Part shown: one piece after another, positions 1-13,660 of the stretch
Numbering within the stretch: position 1 is the stretch's first letter
How the letters are laid out: the number at the start of each line of letters is the position of its first letter
Source of the DNA: Octopus bimaculoides
Lineage: Eukaryota
Length of the DNA stretch: 64,000 nucleotides
Assembly (NCBI RefSeq): GCF_001194135.2
Contig: NC_068998.1
Location: 19,369,423-19,433,422 of the forward strand
Reading direction: 5' to 3'
Position numbers and translations under genes: made by a program
The notes under the pieces: model-generated
What the model saw: only the letters and a program-made list of their open reading frames with translations
What the model was told of the DNA's origin: nothing
The model's database searches: none

Positions 1-2633
1 ACGACTTTGTTTTTAATTCTATAGGTATTATAGTTATGTTAATTCTCGCTCAGTCCTGATCAAAGGCTTGTAGCTGTAAACATCCCTTTTATTTTCATTT
101 CTCTTTTCTCTTAATATTTTTTTGGGGACGTGAAGCGTACTTCATGATCCAATGTGTCCTTCCTTTTTCTTAAGACGATAAAATGTAATTGTGTAATTTG
201 AGTAAGAATTAGGTGCTTTTGGTTGCATTACGGTTGTTGTTTAGCCCCTAATCGAGCAGACTCTCAATCAAAGGTGTTCTGGCCGTCACCTTCCCTTTTG
301 TTTATATTAAGGATTACATTTTTCTGTGTCTCCCAGATTGGAAGGAGATTTGGTTGCTATTTTTACCAGGTCGATCGATCGTTTAGAGATTCTCTTGTTT
401 GGTTCATGATACTAATTGTGTTTTATCACCACACATTAATTATCTCTTCTTTTCTTGTGAGTGGATTTGGTAGACGGAAACTGAAAGAAGCCCGTCGTGT
501 ATATGTGTATATGTTTGTGTCTGTGTTTGTCCCCCCAACATCGCTTGACAACCGATGCTGGTGTGGTTACGTCCCCGTAACTTAGCGGTTCGGCAAAACA
601 GATCGATAGAATAAGTACTAGGCTTCCAAAGAATAAGTCCTGGGGTCGATTTACTCCAGCAGATCGCGAAGAAGCTATAGAAAATATTTTATGCTGAGTG
701 TTTAGATTTAGTCAAGTTTCGTTAATTTCATAACATGTACCATTTTTCTAAGACCCTCTTTTCAACTTGACTAAGATATTTTAGATATTTGTTGCATTTC
801 TGATATCTAAAGATGGATATTGATGTGTATGAAATTTTTCTCAAACGTATTTCTGGAGAGGTAAATTTTATCTTGTCTTACTCATTTTGCTCTAGCTAAA
901 TTTGTCTTTTATACTCTCAAAGAGAACGGAGATAATTTTCTGAAATAGCGTTCTGACTATGTTCAAGTGTTTTTAACGCATTTAGAGACGGTCATTAGCT
1001 GAGATAGTTTCTGTAAAGCAGTGAACATTTGTAAATAAAAAAAAAATTCTTGAAGTAAAAAATACAGTAAATCTTACTTGTATCTCGCTGTTTTGTTTTG
1101 AGATATACTGGAATACTTTCAGCGATGCTAGGGGTGATGAAATTGAAAAAAATTATCTCTATTTTAATTGGTTTTCGAAATAATATCTGTGCTATTATTA
1201 TCAAGCTGATGTTTGGAAAAGAAATTACTATGAAATTTTGATCACTTTTTATTGGTACCCACTACCTTCCACCCTAAAAATAATTACTACAAATTTACAA
1301 ATTGTTTCATTGGTCTTTTTCTTTGGAAGATTCGATTTTGGTTTGAGCCATTCCTCGATGTACTTATTTCGCGACTCATTTGAGAAAGAATTATCTCTTT
1401 TAATTCTAACCTGCATGCGACCGTCGCTCGTTCTATGATACAAACTGCCTGCTTTAAAGTGATCTAAATTTACCAAGTTCGTTCCCTTAGGTAAGGCATT
1501 AACGTAGCAACACAGTATTTGCTCATTTCTAAAAGTTGAGTTTCTTCTACCTAACCGAAAGTAATTAATGGTATTTGAATAAATTCCACGTTCATTTGGG
1601 TATATATTTCCATTTGTTACTTTCCTACGAATTTAGACAGCCAGACTTGAACAGTATTTCTATAGAATAGAGTGAAAAATTATCTGGTATGCCCAAAACC
1701 GTGATTTCTTCGGATCTCTATGCTTTAAACATCGTAGAATACGAATTTGCAATAAAATGAAATAAACAATGCTGGTGGTTACCTTAATTTTACAACGTAA
1801 CAGATCCAAAAAATTTTGGAAAAAAAGTTAATGGAAAGGGTGGGGAGGGGCAAAAACGAAGCAGGTGACAGGTAAAATTTTTGACAGACGATGTTTTGTG
1901 TATTTTCAACAGCAATAATTTCAGGTGCTTAAATTGAAACAACAAAGATTATCCAAGTGGTTTCTTAATATAATGTAATGAACTAAATTTTTTTTAGATA
2001 ATTAAAAGTTATACCTAAAGAGAAGAAAACAAACCCATTAGCTTAATGATTAATTCTGGTTAACAAAGGCAGGTGAGGTAACTCCGAAAATAAAATTAAA
2101 AATTGAATACTCCTTCAGTAAGTACAGTGACTGCACCAACAAAATTTGGTGTTATTAGATCTCTTCAGCTAAATATTTATGAGTATTTATAATTGATTGT
2201 GAGATATATATACACAACAGGCTTCTTTCAGTTTCCATCTATCAAATCTGCTCACAAGACTTTGGTCAGCTTGGAACTATAGAAGATGCTTGCCCAAGGT
2301 GCTATGCAGTGGAACTGAACCTGGAACCATTGTACGTGTATGTGTGCATGCATGCATATTAGTGTCTTCTAGCTAAGTCTTCATGTGATGGTTGTAAACA
2401 AATGTCACAGTTGTACAAGTGGTTTATTTTTTGTTTCTAGCTTTCTGTGAAATCATGTCTGGCCATGGGGGAAATATTATTTTACTTGGAAGCAGGTGAG
2501 GGTTGGTGACAGGAAGGGCAACTGTCCATAGAAAATCTGCCTCAACAAAATTCCATTTGATTCTTGCAAGCAAGGGAAAATGGACATTAAACGATGAAGA
2601 ATAGTAACTTAAGTAGAATCTGTAGTAACGCCG

Positions 2634-2661
2634 TGCGCATGCGTGGTCTCACGCATGCGTG
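2634..2661. promoter_or_regulatory. Tandem NRF1-like palindromic sites in a small CpG-rich patch
   Basis: TGCGCATGCGTG (2634-45) and perfect palindrome CACGCATGCGTG (2650-61); NRF1 consensus YGCGCAYGCGCR. Confidence 0.4.
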
Positions 2662-3334
2662 GAATTAAACAAGCAAGCGTTCCCGCTTAATTCTATCTCT
2701 TTTACGGTCGGCTGACCATGATCATGGACGTGTTAAGCTGTCTCTCTACATCTTTCGGACTTACACTCGACAGCTCGCTTGCAACTACATACCCACGTCC
2801 CAACAACTATGTTCACACACAACAGAAGCTGTAACAACAAGAGCTAAAGATGTATATATTTACCACCTAAATAAAGTGTTGTTTAAGTTGATAGTCTGGA
2901 GTTCAGCGTTCCGTTATATTCTTTAATTTTATTTAGGAAAGTCAGGTATACATCTAATGATGTATAACCAACTTTCCTATAAATCAATATGGCAAACAAT
3001 TGAACAAGATTAAATACAACTTTTTGATTTGTTCACCTTCATGATATATAATGCTTATATATGCACATTGTTTTGAATTAATCATGCATTACCTTGTGGC
3101 TTCGAGATTTTGATGATGTGGTTGTTTTATTCTTAGAATGACATTGTAGTGAGTAGAGGTCAAAAACTGAATCTGGTCAGTTTGAAATTAAACAGGTAGA
3201 ATATTTAGGCCTGATATACCTGGTTTAAATGTTAAAGGGTTAATTAAAAATATTTCTTGGATATAAGTTATCATTTAATTCACTCCTCAATCCTTGAGGA
3301 CTGAATCAAACCTTGGTTTGATTTGAACTGCGTA

Positions 3335-3639
3335 TGTTGTTGTTGGCACTCCGTCACTTACGACGCCGAGGGTTCCAGTTGATCCAATCAACGGAACAGC
3401 CTGCTCGTGAAATTAACGTGCAAGTGGCTGAGCACTCCACAGACACGTGTGCCCTTAACGTAGTTCTCGGGGATATTCAGTGTGACAAGGCTGACCCTTT
3501 GAATTACAGGCACAACAGAAACAGGAAGTAAGAGTGACAGAAAGTTATGGTGAAAGAGTACAGCAGGGTACGCCACCATCCCCTGCCGGAGCCTCGTGGA
3601 GCTTTAGGTGTTTTCGCTCAATAAACACTCACAACGCCC
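3335..3639 (-). mobile_element. 5'-truncated copy of the 30005-30349 SINE family
   Basis: Near-identical reverse-complement body (the ORF track shows the shared peptide QLIQSTEQPAREINVQVAEHSTDTC); a more diverged copy lies at about 20440-20710. Confidence 0.85.
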
Positions 3640-6360
3640 ACAAAATATCATGAAATACAACGCCTGCAAAATGTCATGAAATATATTTCTTGTTCAGTTT
3701 TCTACAATTTACATCAATTATATTTCTCTTATCATTTTCTTGTTTCAATCATTGGACAGTATCCATACTGGGGTACCTCCTTGAATGGTTTTAACCAAAC
3801 AGATTGAGCTCAACACATATTTTTTAAGTCGGGTACTAATTTTATTGGTCTTTATTGCTGAACTGCTAAATAAACCAACACAAGTTGTTGAGCAGTGGCT
3901 GGGTGGGGGACAAACAATCACAAACACATGACAGGCTTCCACACAGGTTTTACCTACCAAATTCATGCACAAGGTATTGGTTGGTCGGGGTTTATAGTAA
4001 ACACTTGCTCAAAGTGCTGCACAGTGGGACTGAACCTGAAACCATATGGTTGCAAAATGGGCTTCTTAACCACACAAGCACACTTGCTTTTCTTTTTGAC
4101 TAGGCACAAGATTGTCTATTTATAGGTTGTAATGAGGAATTAGATATTGTAATGTTCATGTTTTCCGAAAGGTAATGATAATGGAGAATACCATGAGATA
4201 GTTGCAACTGGAAATAATAACCAGGACTCCGACTTCGATCAATGGGAACTTATCTTCAGGATCTATCATTTTGTGCTCGACCAACTTGATTTCATTTGAC
4301 TAGGTACCAATGTTATTAGGTTTATAAGGGTAGGGAAATGTGATGTGTCAATTCAAGAGTTATGTGCTCCTCCAAATGTATTTTTTCTTTTGTTCAGTAG
4401 AGGTGGAAGTAAGAAACCAAACTAAAAATGCAAGCAGTAGCTTTGGATATAAACATTAATTTTCTAAAAAATGTTTATACAAAAAAAAAAAAGTTTATAC
4501 ACACACGAAAGGAAAAAAATATTGGCGGGATTTCGGATCAGTGCGTTGTGCAAAAAAAAATTGGGCCAAAATCGGTCCGGATGGTGGTGGTGAAATGAAA
4601 AAAGAGTTATAGATAAAAAAAAAAAAAAAATTGTCATAAAAAGGTGCTCTCCCCACTCGTTTCCAAAGCCTTGGTGAAAAAGAAATTGTAAAAAACCAAC
4701 TTATGTGGGCATCCTGATACGAAACCCTGCCCAAAAGTTTTTAAAATTATATAACCTGATTATAAAATAATCATATTTTGGAGTTTTTAAAGCAATATCT
4801 CTTCAAATTAGTTTCAGTAAGCCGCTGACGTGACTGTAGTTAAACTCTCTTTGCAATCTCATTGTTTCGGGTTCAGCCTCACAGCACGACCTCTTAGACG
4901 TGTGGACAGACCAATTGTCTTGTGAGCGAATTTAGTTAGATGTGAATATCCGTGAGTGTGTATTTTTTACTTTTCGATTATTAGATTGCAATCATACTGG
5001 GGTAACGCCTTGAAGGGTTTAAGTCGAATGAATCGATTCCAGTACTTTTAAAAAACCCTTTTAAAGCCTAATTCTATCGGTCTCTCTTGCCGAACAGCTA
5101 CTTATGGGCATGTAAAGAAACACACTGGTTGGCGAGCGGTGATGGCGGACAAACACAAACACACACAGATATACAGACACATGCACGATGAACTTCGTTC
5201 AGTTTCCGATCCACTCACAAAGCTTTGCTCAGACCAGCACTTTAGGAGAAGACACTTGCCCAAAATGCCACGCAATGGGACTGAACCTAAGATCATATAG
5301 TTTGGAAGTAAACTTCTTGCCACATAACTACGCCTATATGTGTGAGTGTGTGTTCCCGATCTTTGCATTTTGGGAAAAAGAGGCCGAGAAAATAAGTACC
5401 AAACTTCAAAAATTAAGTACTGTGGTCGATTTGTTCAATTAAAAGCCATTGAAAACAGTGCCCAGCCTAACCGCAGTCCAATGATTGAGACGAGTAAAAT
5501 AAGGGAAGACTAATCAAATACTCATCAGACATAGTCAGTTGTAAATATAAAGCTTGGGCTCTTTTCTACTGGCAGTTCACAAGAAAATATCTGGTCGACA
5601 AGTTCCATTCTTTAGCTGCAGTAAAAATCAGAGAGAATCGAAAAAAGAAAAAAAACTCAGTGAAATGTGTTATGTTGGATAAAGTTGTTTCAGAGTTATG
5701 TCCCTTAGATTGGCCTGCGATATGAAATTTACATCTTGTGTCAGCTAAATGTGGAAACGATCTTCCATGCATTTGTGTGTTTGTGAGTGAAGAGAGAGAG
5801 AGAGAGGGGGGGAGGGAGTGGAGGATATATAGACAGTTTGTAGAGGTGTATGTGTGCATTGTGAGAGAAAAAATTACTATGCTAAAGAGAAAGAGGAAAG
5901 TAGGGAGACAAAGAAAGGAAGGAAGGTATAAGGAAAGTGGGGAAAGGTATATGAGCTATGAGGAGATCATTAAGGAGAAAAGGATGGGAGGCAGAACAAG
6001 AATATCTTTTCTACTCTAGGCACAAGGCCCGAAATTTTTGGGGAGGGGGCCAGTCGATTAGATCAATCCAAGAGTGAAGCAGATTCTTCGAGTTCAAATA
6101 TCATCATTCTTGTGTTGATAAGACAAAACGCCAGTCAAATACTGCAGTTGAGATAATCAACAGTTCCTTCACAAAAAATTTCTCCCCTTGTGCCTGTGTA
6201 AGAATTATTACTTTGAATGTGTAACTGTTAACATAAATGATTAAAACAGACTAAACAGCATTGCTCTTGCTTATTGGTGAGACTGAGGAAATCAGTTTTA
6301 TTATCAAGTAATCAGTCCAAACTTTAGAACTAGTCAAACTTACACCAATAATCTGTTGTG

Positions 6361-6396
<36 letters not shown>

Positions 6397-7109
6397 TTCC
6401 CCACATGTATATATCATCATCATCATCATCATCTAACGTCCGTTTCTCATGCTGGCATGGGTTGGACAGTCTAGAGCTGATACGTCAGGGGCTGCACCAA
6501 GCTCCATATTGTCTGTTCTGGCATGGTTTCTATGGCTGGATGCCCTTCCTAACACCAACCACTTTGTATAGTATGCTGGATGCTTTTTATGTAGCACCAA
6601 CACCGGTATCAATTCTGCTATGGTAGACAGGTCTTCTTGACGGCAGCAAGGACAGATATCTAGGTCCGTAGTCATCTCCTCCGTAAGTCTCAGGGTCTTG
6701 AGGTCATACTTGTGTGTGTGCCTGTGTGTGTTAGTGTTTCCTTATCTTGACATTACATGATAGTTGAAAATATGTGTCACTGTCATACAAGTGGGTTCCT
6801 TTGTTTCCAATACTCTGTGAAAACCTGTCTGGGTCTGGCTATGGAGAAATATTATCTGACATGGAAACAGGTGAGAATTGGTGACAGGAAGGACATCCAA
6901 CTGTAGAAAATATACATCAATAATTATTTTGGTTATCATTTTAGTCATTTGCTTGAAACTTAGCAGAGATATTGCTCATTATGCAAGGTTTCTTTCTTAC
7001 AGTAAAAGAATATGAAATCAAGTGTTGATTATATGCTTCTTTAAAAGCAATGAGTCATGCCTTTGTGTATATGAACAAAGAAAAAAAAAATGACACAAAA
7101 ACCAACATT

Positions 7110-10097
7110 TTTGGCTATAAACAATGATCTTTATTGTTTATGAAACAACATAAAATACTTTACAAAAGTCAGTAGCTTTGACTTCTTCACTGGCAAAATT
7201 TCTTTTTTCATAGAAATATGACAATTTTTCCCGCCAAAATTTTGAAAGGTTTACAAATTGATACAGTTATTACTATGAAATGAACTAATAAAAAAAAGAG
7301 ACAAACAGAAGAAAAAAAAAATCAGAAACAAAACCCTAAAATTTCAACAGTTCCATGTCCATAGATTCCATATAATGAACCATTTTATATTGCATCTATA
7401 AATAAGGAAGCAGTCAAAAATAAAGTCTAGCTTGCTCCTTTGTTGAATTATTTCTTGTAATAAAGACTCTACAGTAGTTACTACAAGAGATATTCAAACT
7501 TTAGTTTCTTTGAAAAGTGCCAGTATTTTTGAACATTTTCATAACAGAGTTACTTTATTAGTCTGGGTCCTATCTGATTGACTTGTTTTATTTTTGTAGT
7601 CAGTATAAGAAAGTGTGCTAATGGAGATTAATGGTTGGAATTAATGTTTCTAGACATGTTTCAGCAGTTTCTAGATAAGATCCATACCACAGGATTCCAT
7701 TAACAAGGAGCAAAAGGAAAACAATTTTTGCTACAGCATTAAAAAGAAAGGGGTTGATTTAATTTGAGAAGATAGTAAATAATAAAACGCTGTCATTTAG
7801 TTATACTTAAAACAGAATAACAAATTGCCCTGAATTTTACTTTTTTCTTTGGTGTGAAAAAGTGAAAAACCAAGTAAAAATTACTGATATGAAGAAAATT
7901 CTCTTTTGATTTAATCAAGAAACTTAGATATTATGACTGAGTGTTGAATTTAATATGTAATCTCTAAATTTAATGTTATATAAATTGAACTATATCTGAA
8001 TATTCTTGGTTGTGAAGAGAGCAGCCACTCTTAAACTTATTTCTAATAGAATATTATGTCTTTAACTCCATTTGTTATAAAGACAGGATTTTCTTATTCA
8101 TATCAAGTGATGAGGACCAACTTAATACCATTTATAATTTTTGTATTGACTAAAACAGCTTAACTGTAAGATATGAAAAAGTTCCAAAATTAGTTTGTTT
8201 TTCTATAATCCAGCTCATAACATTAGCTTCACAGATTGTCAGCAAAGTTAACTTAAAATTGTAATGTTAAACAGGTAAGAAGACGAAAGATAAATTAATA
8301 TATCCCTACTTCAATTTCTGTCTTTTACCAACAAACTAACTTCTTACAAAAGAAACAAAAATGCATGAAAAATTTATCAGTTACTGATAGAAACTTCCCT
8401 ATATATATTTTCAATGTTTGAATGAAATGTTTGAAGTAGGCAAAAGGAAATCAAATTAAGCAGAAGTTGGGCGGAATAAATCATTTTAAACAATTGTTAC
8501 TGTCAATCTATTCACTAGAGTGGAGATCATAAACAAGATATGTAATTTATTTCATCTTTCCATGAAACCGAGTACAAGTTTCAATCTTTAAAAGTTGGAA
8601 TTATAAAGCAGCCACTAGTTTAATAGGTAACATAGAACACAGAGATAAGAACCAATTTCCAGTGAAATGATTGTTTGGTACATGGTGGGATTGTAATATG
8701 AAGCCATCAAAAATAAAACAAAATAACTGGGTTTATTCAGCCAGTACAACAGCCAGGTGAGATGTAGAGCAGGGAGACAGTCATGGAATTAAAACAACAC
8801 ATACACATAGGATACATATACACAGACACACAGGACACATTTCCAAACAAACATAATAACTTCACAGTTGAAAGATTAGTAATAAACAGAAAGAATGCAA
8901 TATATTTTGAGGGATTATTAGGAGCCATGAAAGTAAAACATTGGCAAATTTGAACCAAAGCTGGTTACAGATTGTGAAATTACGATAAATACTCTGTGGA
9001 AAGTGTGTGTGTGTGAATGATAGTGACAGGAATATACACCTCATAATATCTAACGTGCTGTCATTAAAATATTTCTTGAGGATTAGTTTGTGTTATTAAG
9101 AAAATATGAAAGCAATAAATTTGTATAGTTTATTACTATTTCTTTCATTCTTTTAATTACAGTGGTTGCTAAGAATAGCTGAACCTATATGCAAATGTTT
9201 TGTCTAGTGATGAATGGGAGAGCAATAAGAAAGAAGCTTTAAATAAATCAAGATATTACAAGCTTTTCCTAGTTCGTTGATGTAACTAAAAACTATATAC
9301 ATGGCATGGCAGTGACTAAGGAAAGTAGTTGGAAATGACTTTTAAGAGTTATAACATACATTTTGTTTCACAGAATAGTTATACTCCTGTATAGTAACAG
9401 GCAACAACAATAATAAACTAAAAGTTTATAACATAGCAATAGCAGCTGTACATTAAATAGTATCACATTCCCCAGCTATCTCACCAAAATAAAATGGTAC
9501 TGTGTTGATGAATTATACCCTATAAGTATTGCAAAGTGTTTAGCAGAAACTATAGAACAGTAACTAAACATATAGAAGCTGGTGACATTGGCTGAATATG
9601 TAGAGGTTTACATTTGGCATAAACTAATAGTTCCATCGTTTATGTCTTTCAGCACAACACACGCAGCTAGGCACTTTCTCTTTTTTTCTTGTTTTTTTTC
9701 TTCTTCTTTTTCTTTTGAAAGCTAAAAAAAAGGCACTGAATTAAGTTGAAAATAAAATATATGTGCTTGCTTGCATGTGTTCATATATATATCTCTTAGG
9801 CTGTAGTGCAGCATTTTGCTGGGTGTATCTAGAATTGTACTTTGCATCTCGGTGATTGGTTTGCGCATTGATATAATGAAGACAAAGCATTGTGTAGTAG
9901 ATAATTTGAAAGCTGAATCTTTTCTATTTTCTTTTGAGTAAACAATTAAAAAGAAGTGTTTTACATATCTACTAAGTATGTATGTTATACATAGTATCTC
10001 CCCAACATAGCTGCACTATATATATGTATGATAGACTGACTATATATTCTACTGAAGCATATATGGAACATTTCAAATATATTTGTTACTATTATAA

Positions 10098-10134
<37 letters not shown>

Positions 10135-10623
10135 GTAAGTATTTTATTTAAAAATTAAAGCAATTAAATTGAATGGCTGATTTTATTTTTTGCTATTTTA
10201 AAAAAATTTATTTAATAGTGAAATAACTATTTACACAAATCACAATATTTACTTGTAAAATAAACAACTATCTTTTCCAAAACTGAAAAAGAAGATAGAT
10301 AAACAGATTTCTCTTCCTTTTCATCAGCAAAGATATTGACAAGTGACACACAGACATGTAGATTTATTTGAGCAAGAGCAATCTCAGTTAATTTTGCATG
10401 AGCATTAAGTAGCAGCAATTTCTGGAACATTTCCTTTCAGTTTCATGAGCATGAGGAGAGCAAAGATCTGTATATTTTTTTCTTTAACAAAAGGCAAGCA
10501 ACAGGAAAGACCTGTTGGAAGAAACAGCAGCAGAGGCAGCAATTAGAGACTTCATTTCAAAATCTCTTTAGGGATAGACTTATATATGACTAACTTTTCG
10601 ACTGTGTATCCATGGTAAGTACT
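7110..10623 (-). other. Putative long VPS13 3' UTR (up to about 3.5 kb)
   Basis: AT-rich stretch with no recognisable SINE/MITE directly after the stop; AATAAA at 7130-7135 (minus) followed by a U/GU-rich tract; several more proximal AATAAA also present. Confidence 0.45.
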
Positions 10624-10665
10624 TTAAGCACGGGCCATGGCTTCAGTGATCTTGGTGAGAATCCA
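10624..10665 (-). CDS. VPS13: VPS13 terminal coding exon (WILTKITEAMARA*)
   Basis: Acceptor tctccttttaattgcag, phase 0, TAA stop at 10624-10626; amphipathic final helix as expected after the PH-like domain. Confidence 0.85.
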   Translation of the reverse strand, partial: WILTKITEAMARA

Positions 10666-12844
10666 CTGCAATTAAAAGGAGATAATGAAAGTCACATATG
10701 TTAGGCTACAACAACTGGTCAGCATAAAAGAAGAAATAAAAAGGATTAAAACGATTGGTCAATAAAGGCAATTTTCTTATAAATATTAAAGTAAAAAAAT
10801 TGATAATTTATTTAGTCAGTTTACTTCTGATTTCTCACAAGCTCACTCACACACACATGGCAACTGCACATTTTAATCTTGCTTAAAACATGCAAGCAAT
10901 TGCTATCTCTCTTGCTTATGTATGTTTTACACATGATACGAAAGACATGAAAGCATATCACATTCTTGAAAATGACAATGTATTCGCCATATCCTGAAAG
11001 TGGATCACAAATAGTAAAAAAAAAAAAAAACCATTCATTTCTTTATTAACTTGTTTGCATGCTTTAGAAGTAAATGGATACGATTTTAAACTGCATCTGG
11101 TAGTGGGGCCCCTGGCTCAAGAATTCCAGAGTTTTGAGAAGTATGGGACCACCTCTTAGCCACTATTGTTTCCAGGTCTACTCTGACCCAGAGTAGTAGA
11201 ACCTGTCAGGATTCCAGCTATGGGTTAAATAGCACGTAACTACCCAAGTCAGGGTTTATTGAAATGATGGGATGCAGCATGATGGATGTGAACTATTTTG
11301 GCAAATGAATCTTAAGGAATCAATGGCGAATATCACTAAATGCTGAGCAGATGAACAGATAACAAACCATGAATGGTTAGGATCAACCAGTTCAGTTAGT
11401 GAACTACTATCATCTACAGTTGTGGCATGTGCAGATGAGATATTTTAGCAAGTGAAAGACCAGTATGACTAAAACCCAAACCAGATGTTCATGCCACATT
11501 GCTTGATCAGGACGTTTGCATAGAGGAGTTGCATTGGTCTAGGCAAGTTGCCTGACCAGATGACACTAAAGACATGAAAACATAACATATTTTTGAAATG
11601 ATGATTTATTTGGACCTCAAACATTATCTATATGCAAGACAAGTTGTTAAGTTTAGCAATGGAAGAGATGAATGCAGTTTGTCTCAGTACAAGTTGTATG
11701 AAACTCTGGTGTAGATTAAAATTTCTAGTTACCACACAGATAAATTTATTAATTGTAAACACTTCCATTACAAGTGTATATTGATAACTCCAGTTGTAAG
11801 ATGTAAGCAAATAATCTGTGTATGTGTGAGTGTGTATGGATATTTATATATTACACACAAGCACACCCATCTATATACACGTGCATGCATATATATACAC
11901 ACTCACTTCAAAAGTTACTGATTAGCAGAGTCATTAGAACATTGGATATCATGTGTTGTAATATTCTGGCTCTCTGAGTTCAAATCTAACTGAAATCAAC
12001 TTTGCCTTTCATCTTTTCAGGGTTGATAAAGTACCAGCAGAGTATGATGCAACCCTCTCTCCCTTTATCTATCACATTCTTGATGTTCCATTGGGTAAAG
12101 TGTAGCAGGGCCAAGATAGTATCTGAGCCTGCTTATGGCGACATAGGTATACTGTGCCATTCCTGTTTGTGAGAGAAGGCTGTTTCTAATTCTTCTAAAT
12201 TTCATAGATCATAAACATCAATATATTTAATAACAAAACAAAACATTAGGGTGGGTTACAGCTGAATAAAAATATTCACCACTTCAAGAGCCAGTTATAA
12301 ACAAGAAATCTTTTTAATATGAACTCACAAAACTCTTCTTCCTCATGTAATTTCCATAGCCCTCATATTTACCATTTCAAATCTCTTAAAAAAAAATGAC
12401 ACTCAAAAGCTATGTATACATTCAGACACTTAGATGCCTCCCTACTTCACTGTATGAATATATCTGGAGTTTAAAAGATAGCAGCATTAACAATTATAAA
12501 ATTAATGGGTCCATTATAAACATGTGTGACCCCAAAATTAATGGGATCACTACGAACTTGTGACTAGATGATAGCAACAGTGAAAGACACATTAAGATAT
12601 TGTATTTTTAGATGTACTGGGACAGAATGGAGCGTCTTTGATAAGCCTTCTAGTCCAAGGCTGATCAGGGTCTGAACATCAAAAACATCATATTGCCTAT
12701 TATTATACTATTTCATCTTTATGGAAAGTGATGCTCTGGCATGGTTGCAATATATGTATACATTAAAATAGAATAGTTAGGGTGAATCATTATGTAATAT
12801 TACTTCTAATAAGCAAATAACAAAAGTGAAAAAGTGAAAATAGG

Positions 12845-13440
12845 ACAACAGTTTTACCTTATATTTTGGGATTATGACCTCTTCCTCAGGACACATGGAG
12901 AAATGAATGATGGAATAGATCATTGCCCAAATATGTAGGAGAGGAAGATGGTGACAAGTAGATTGGTGTTGTTATAACAACCAATCTGCTTCATGTAGCT
13001 CTTTTCTGTTTTTAAACCTGGTCTCAGCTTTTTAATAAGGATGGCCTTGATGTTTCTAAAATTGTCTGTGAACATCCCTGATAGATACTGTGAAATCCTA
13101 GGTCTGGCACTTCTGTAGGGGTTTGTGGTTTGAAGTGTTTTTGTGCATATGTTCTTGATGCAAATGTGCAGTTTTCTGGTGGTGCTCCCAATGTAGGATG
13201 CATCACATTTGCTGCAGGCAACCTCATATACCAAGCACATTTTGAAGTTGTTGATGGGGCAATTAGATAGGGCACACCCCATAATGCTGACAAAGCTACC
13301 AACACAAAGTGGTTCCACAAGTTCTTAATAAACAATGGCCATCCTTCATCTTTTACCAAATGACTGCATTTGAACAATGCTGAAGTCAGTAAATTTCATA
13401 ACAAGGTCTGTACTTCCAAATCTGATATGAGCTTCCTAAA
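12845..13440 (-). mobile_element. Penelope-like retroelement 3' fragment (GIY-YIG endonuclease, decayed) ending in a degenerate hammerhead
   Basis: CLVYEVACSKCDASYIGSTTRKLH GIY-YIG motif, then AILIKKLRPGL; followed by CTGAGGA...AAAA (12889-12864). Confidence 0.8.
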
Positions 13441-13582
13441 ATTATCCTATTTTAGTGACAAAACCATTGTTGCTAAGCATCATGTGATCCACAAGTAGGG
13501 ACTTAACACTATAGATGGTGTACACTGGAGGAAATTTTTGTCTAGAACTCATACTACTAACAACACACACACACACACTTAC

Positions 13583-13660
13583 CTCTTTCACTTTTTGATC
13601 TTGTATCATCACAACCTTTTTCGGCAGATTGCTGCCAAAGAATTTCTTTTTCTCCTTCTC
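13583..13660 (-). CDS. VPS13: VPS13 exon (EKEKKKFFGSNLPKKVVMIQDQKVKE)
   Basis: ttgcag / gtaagt sites, 78 nt, phase 0-0. Confidence 0.9.
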
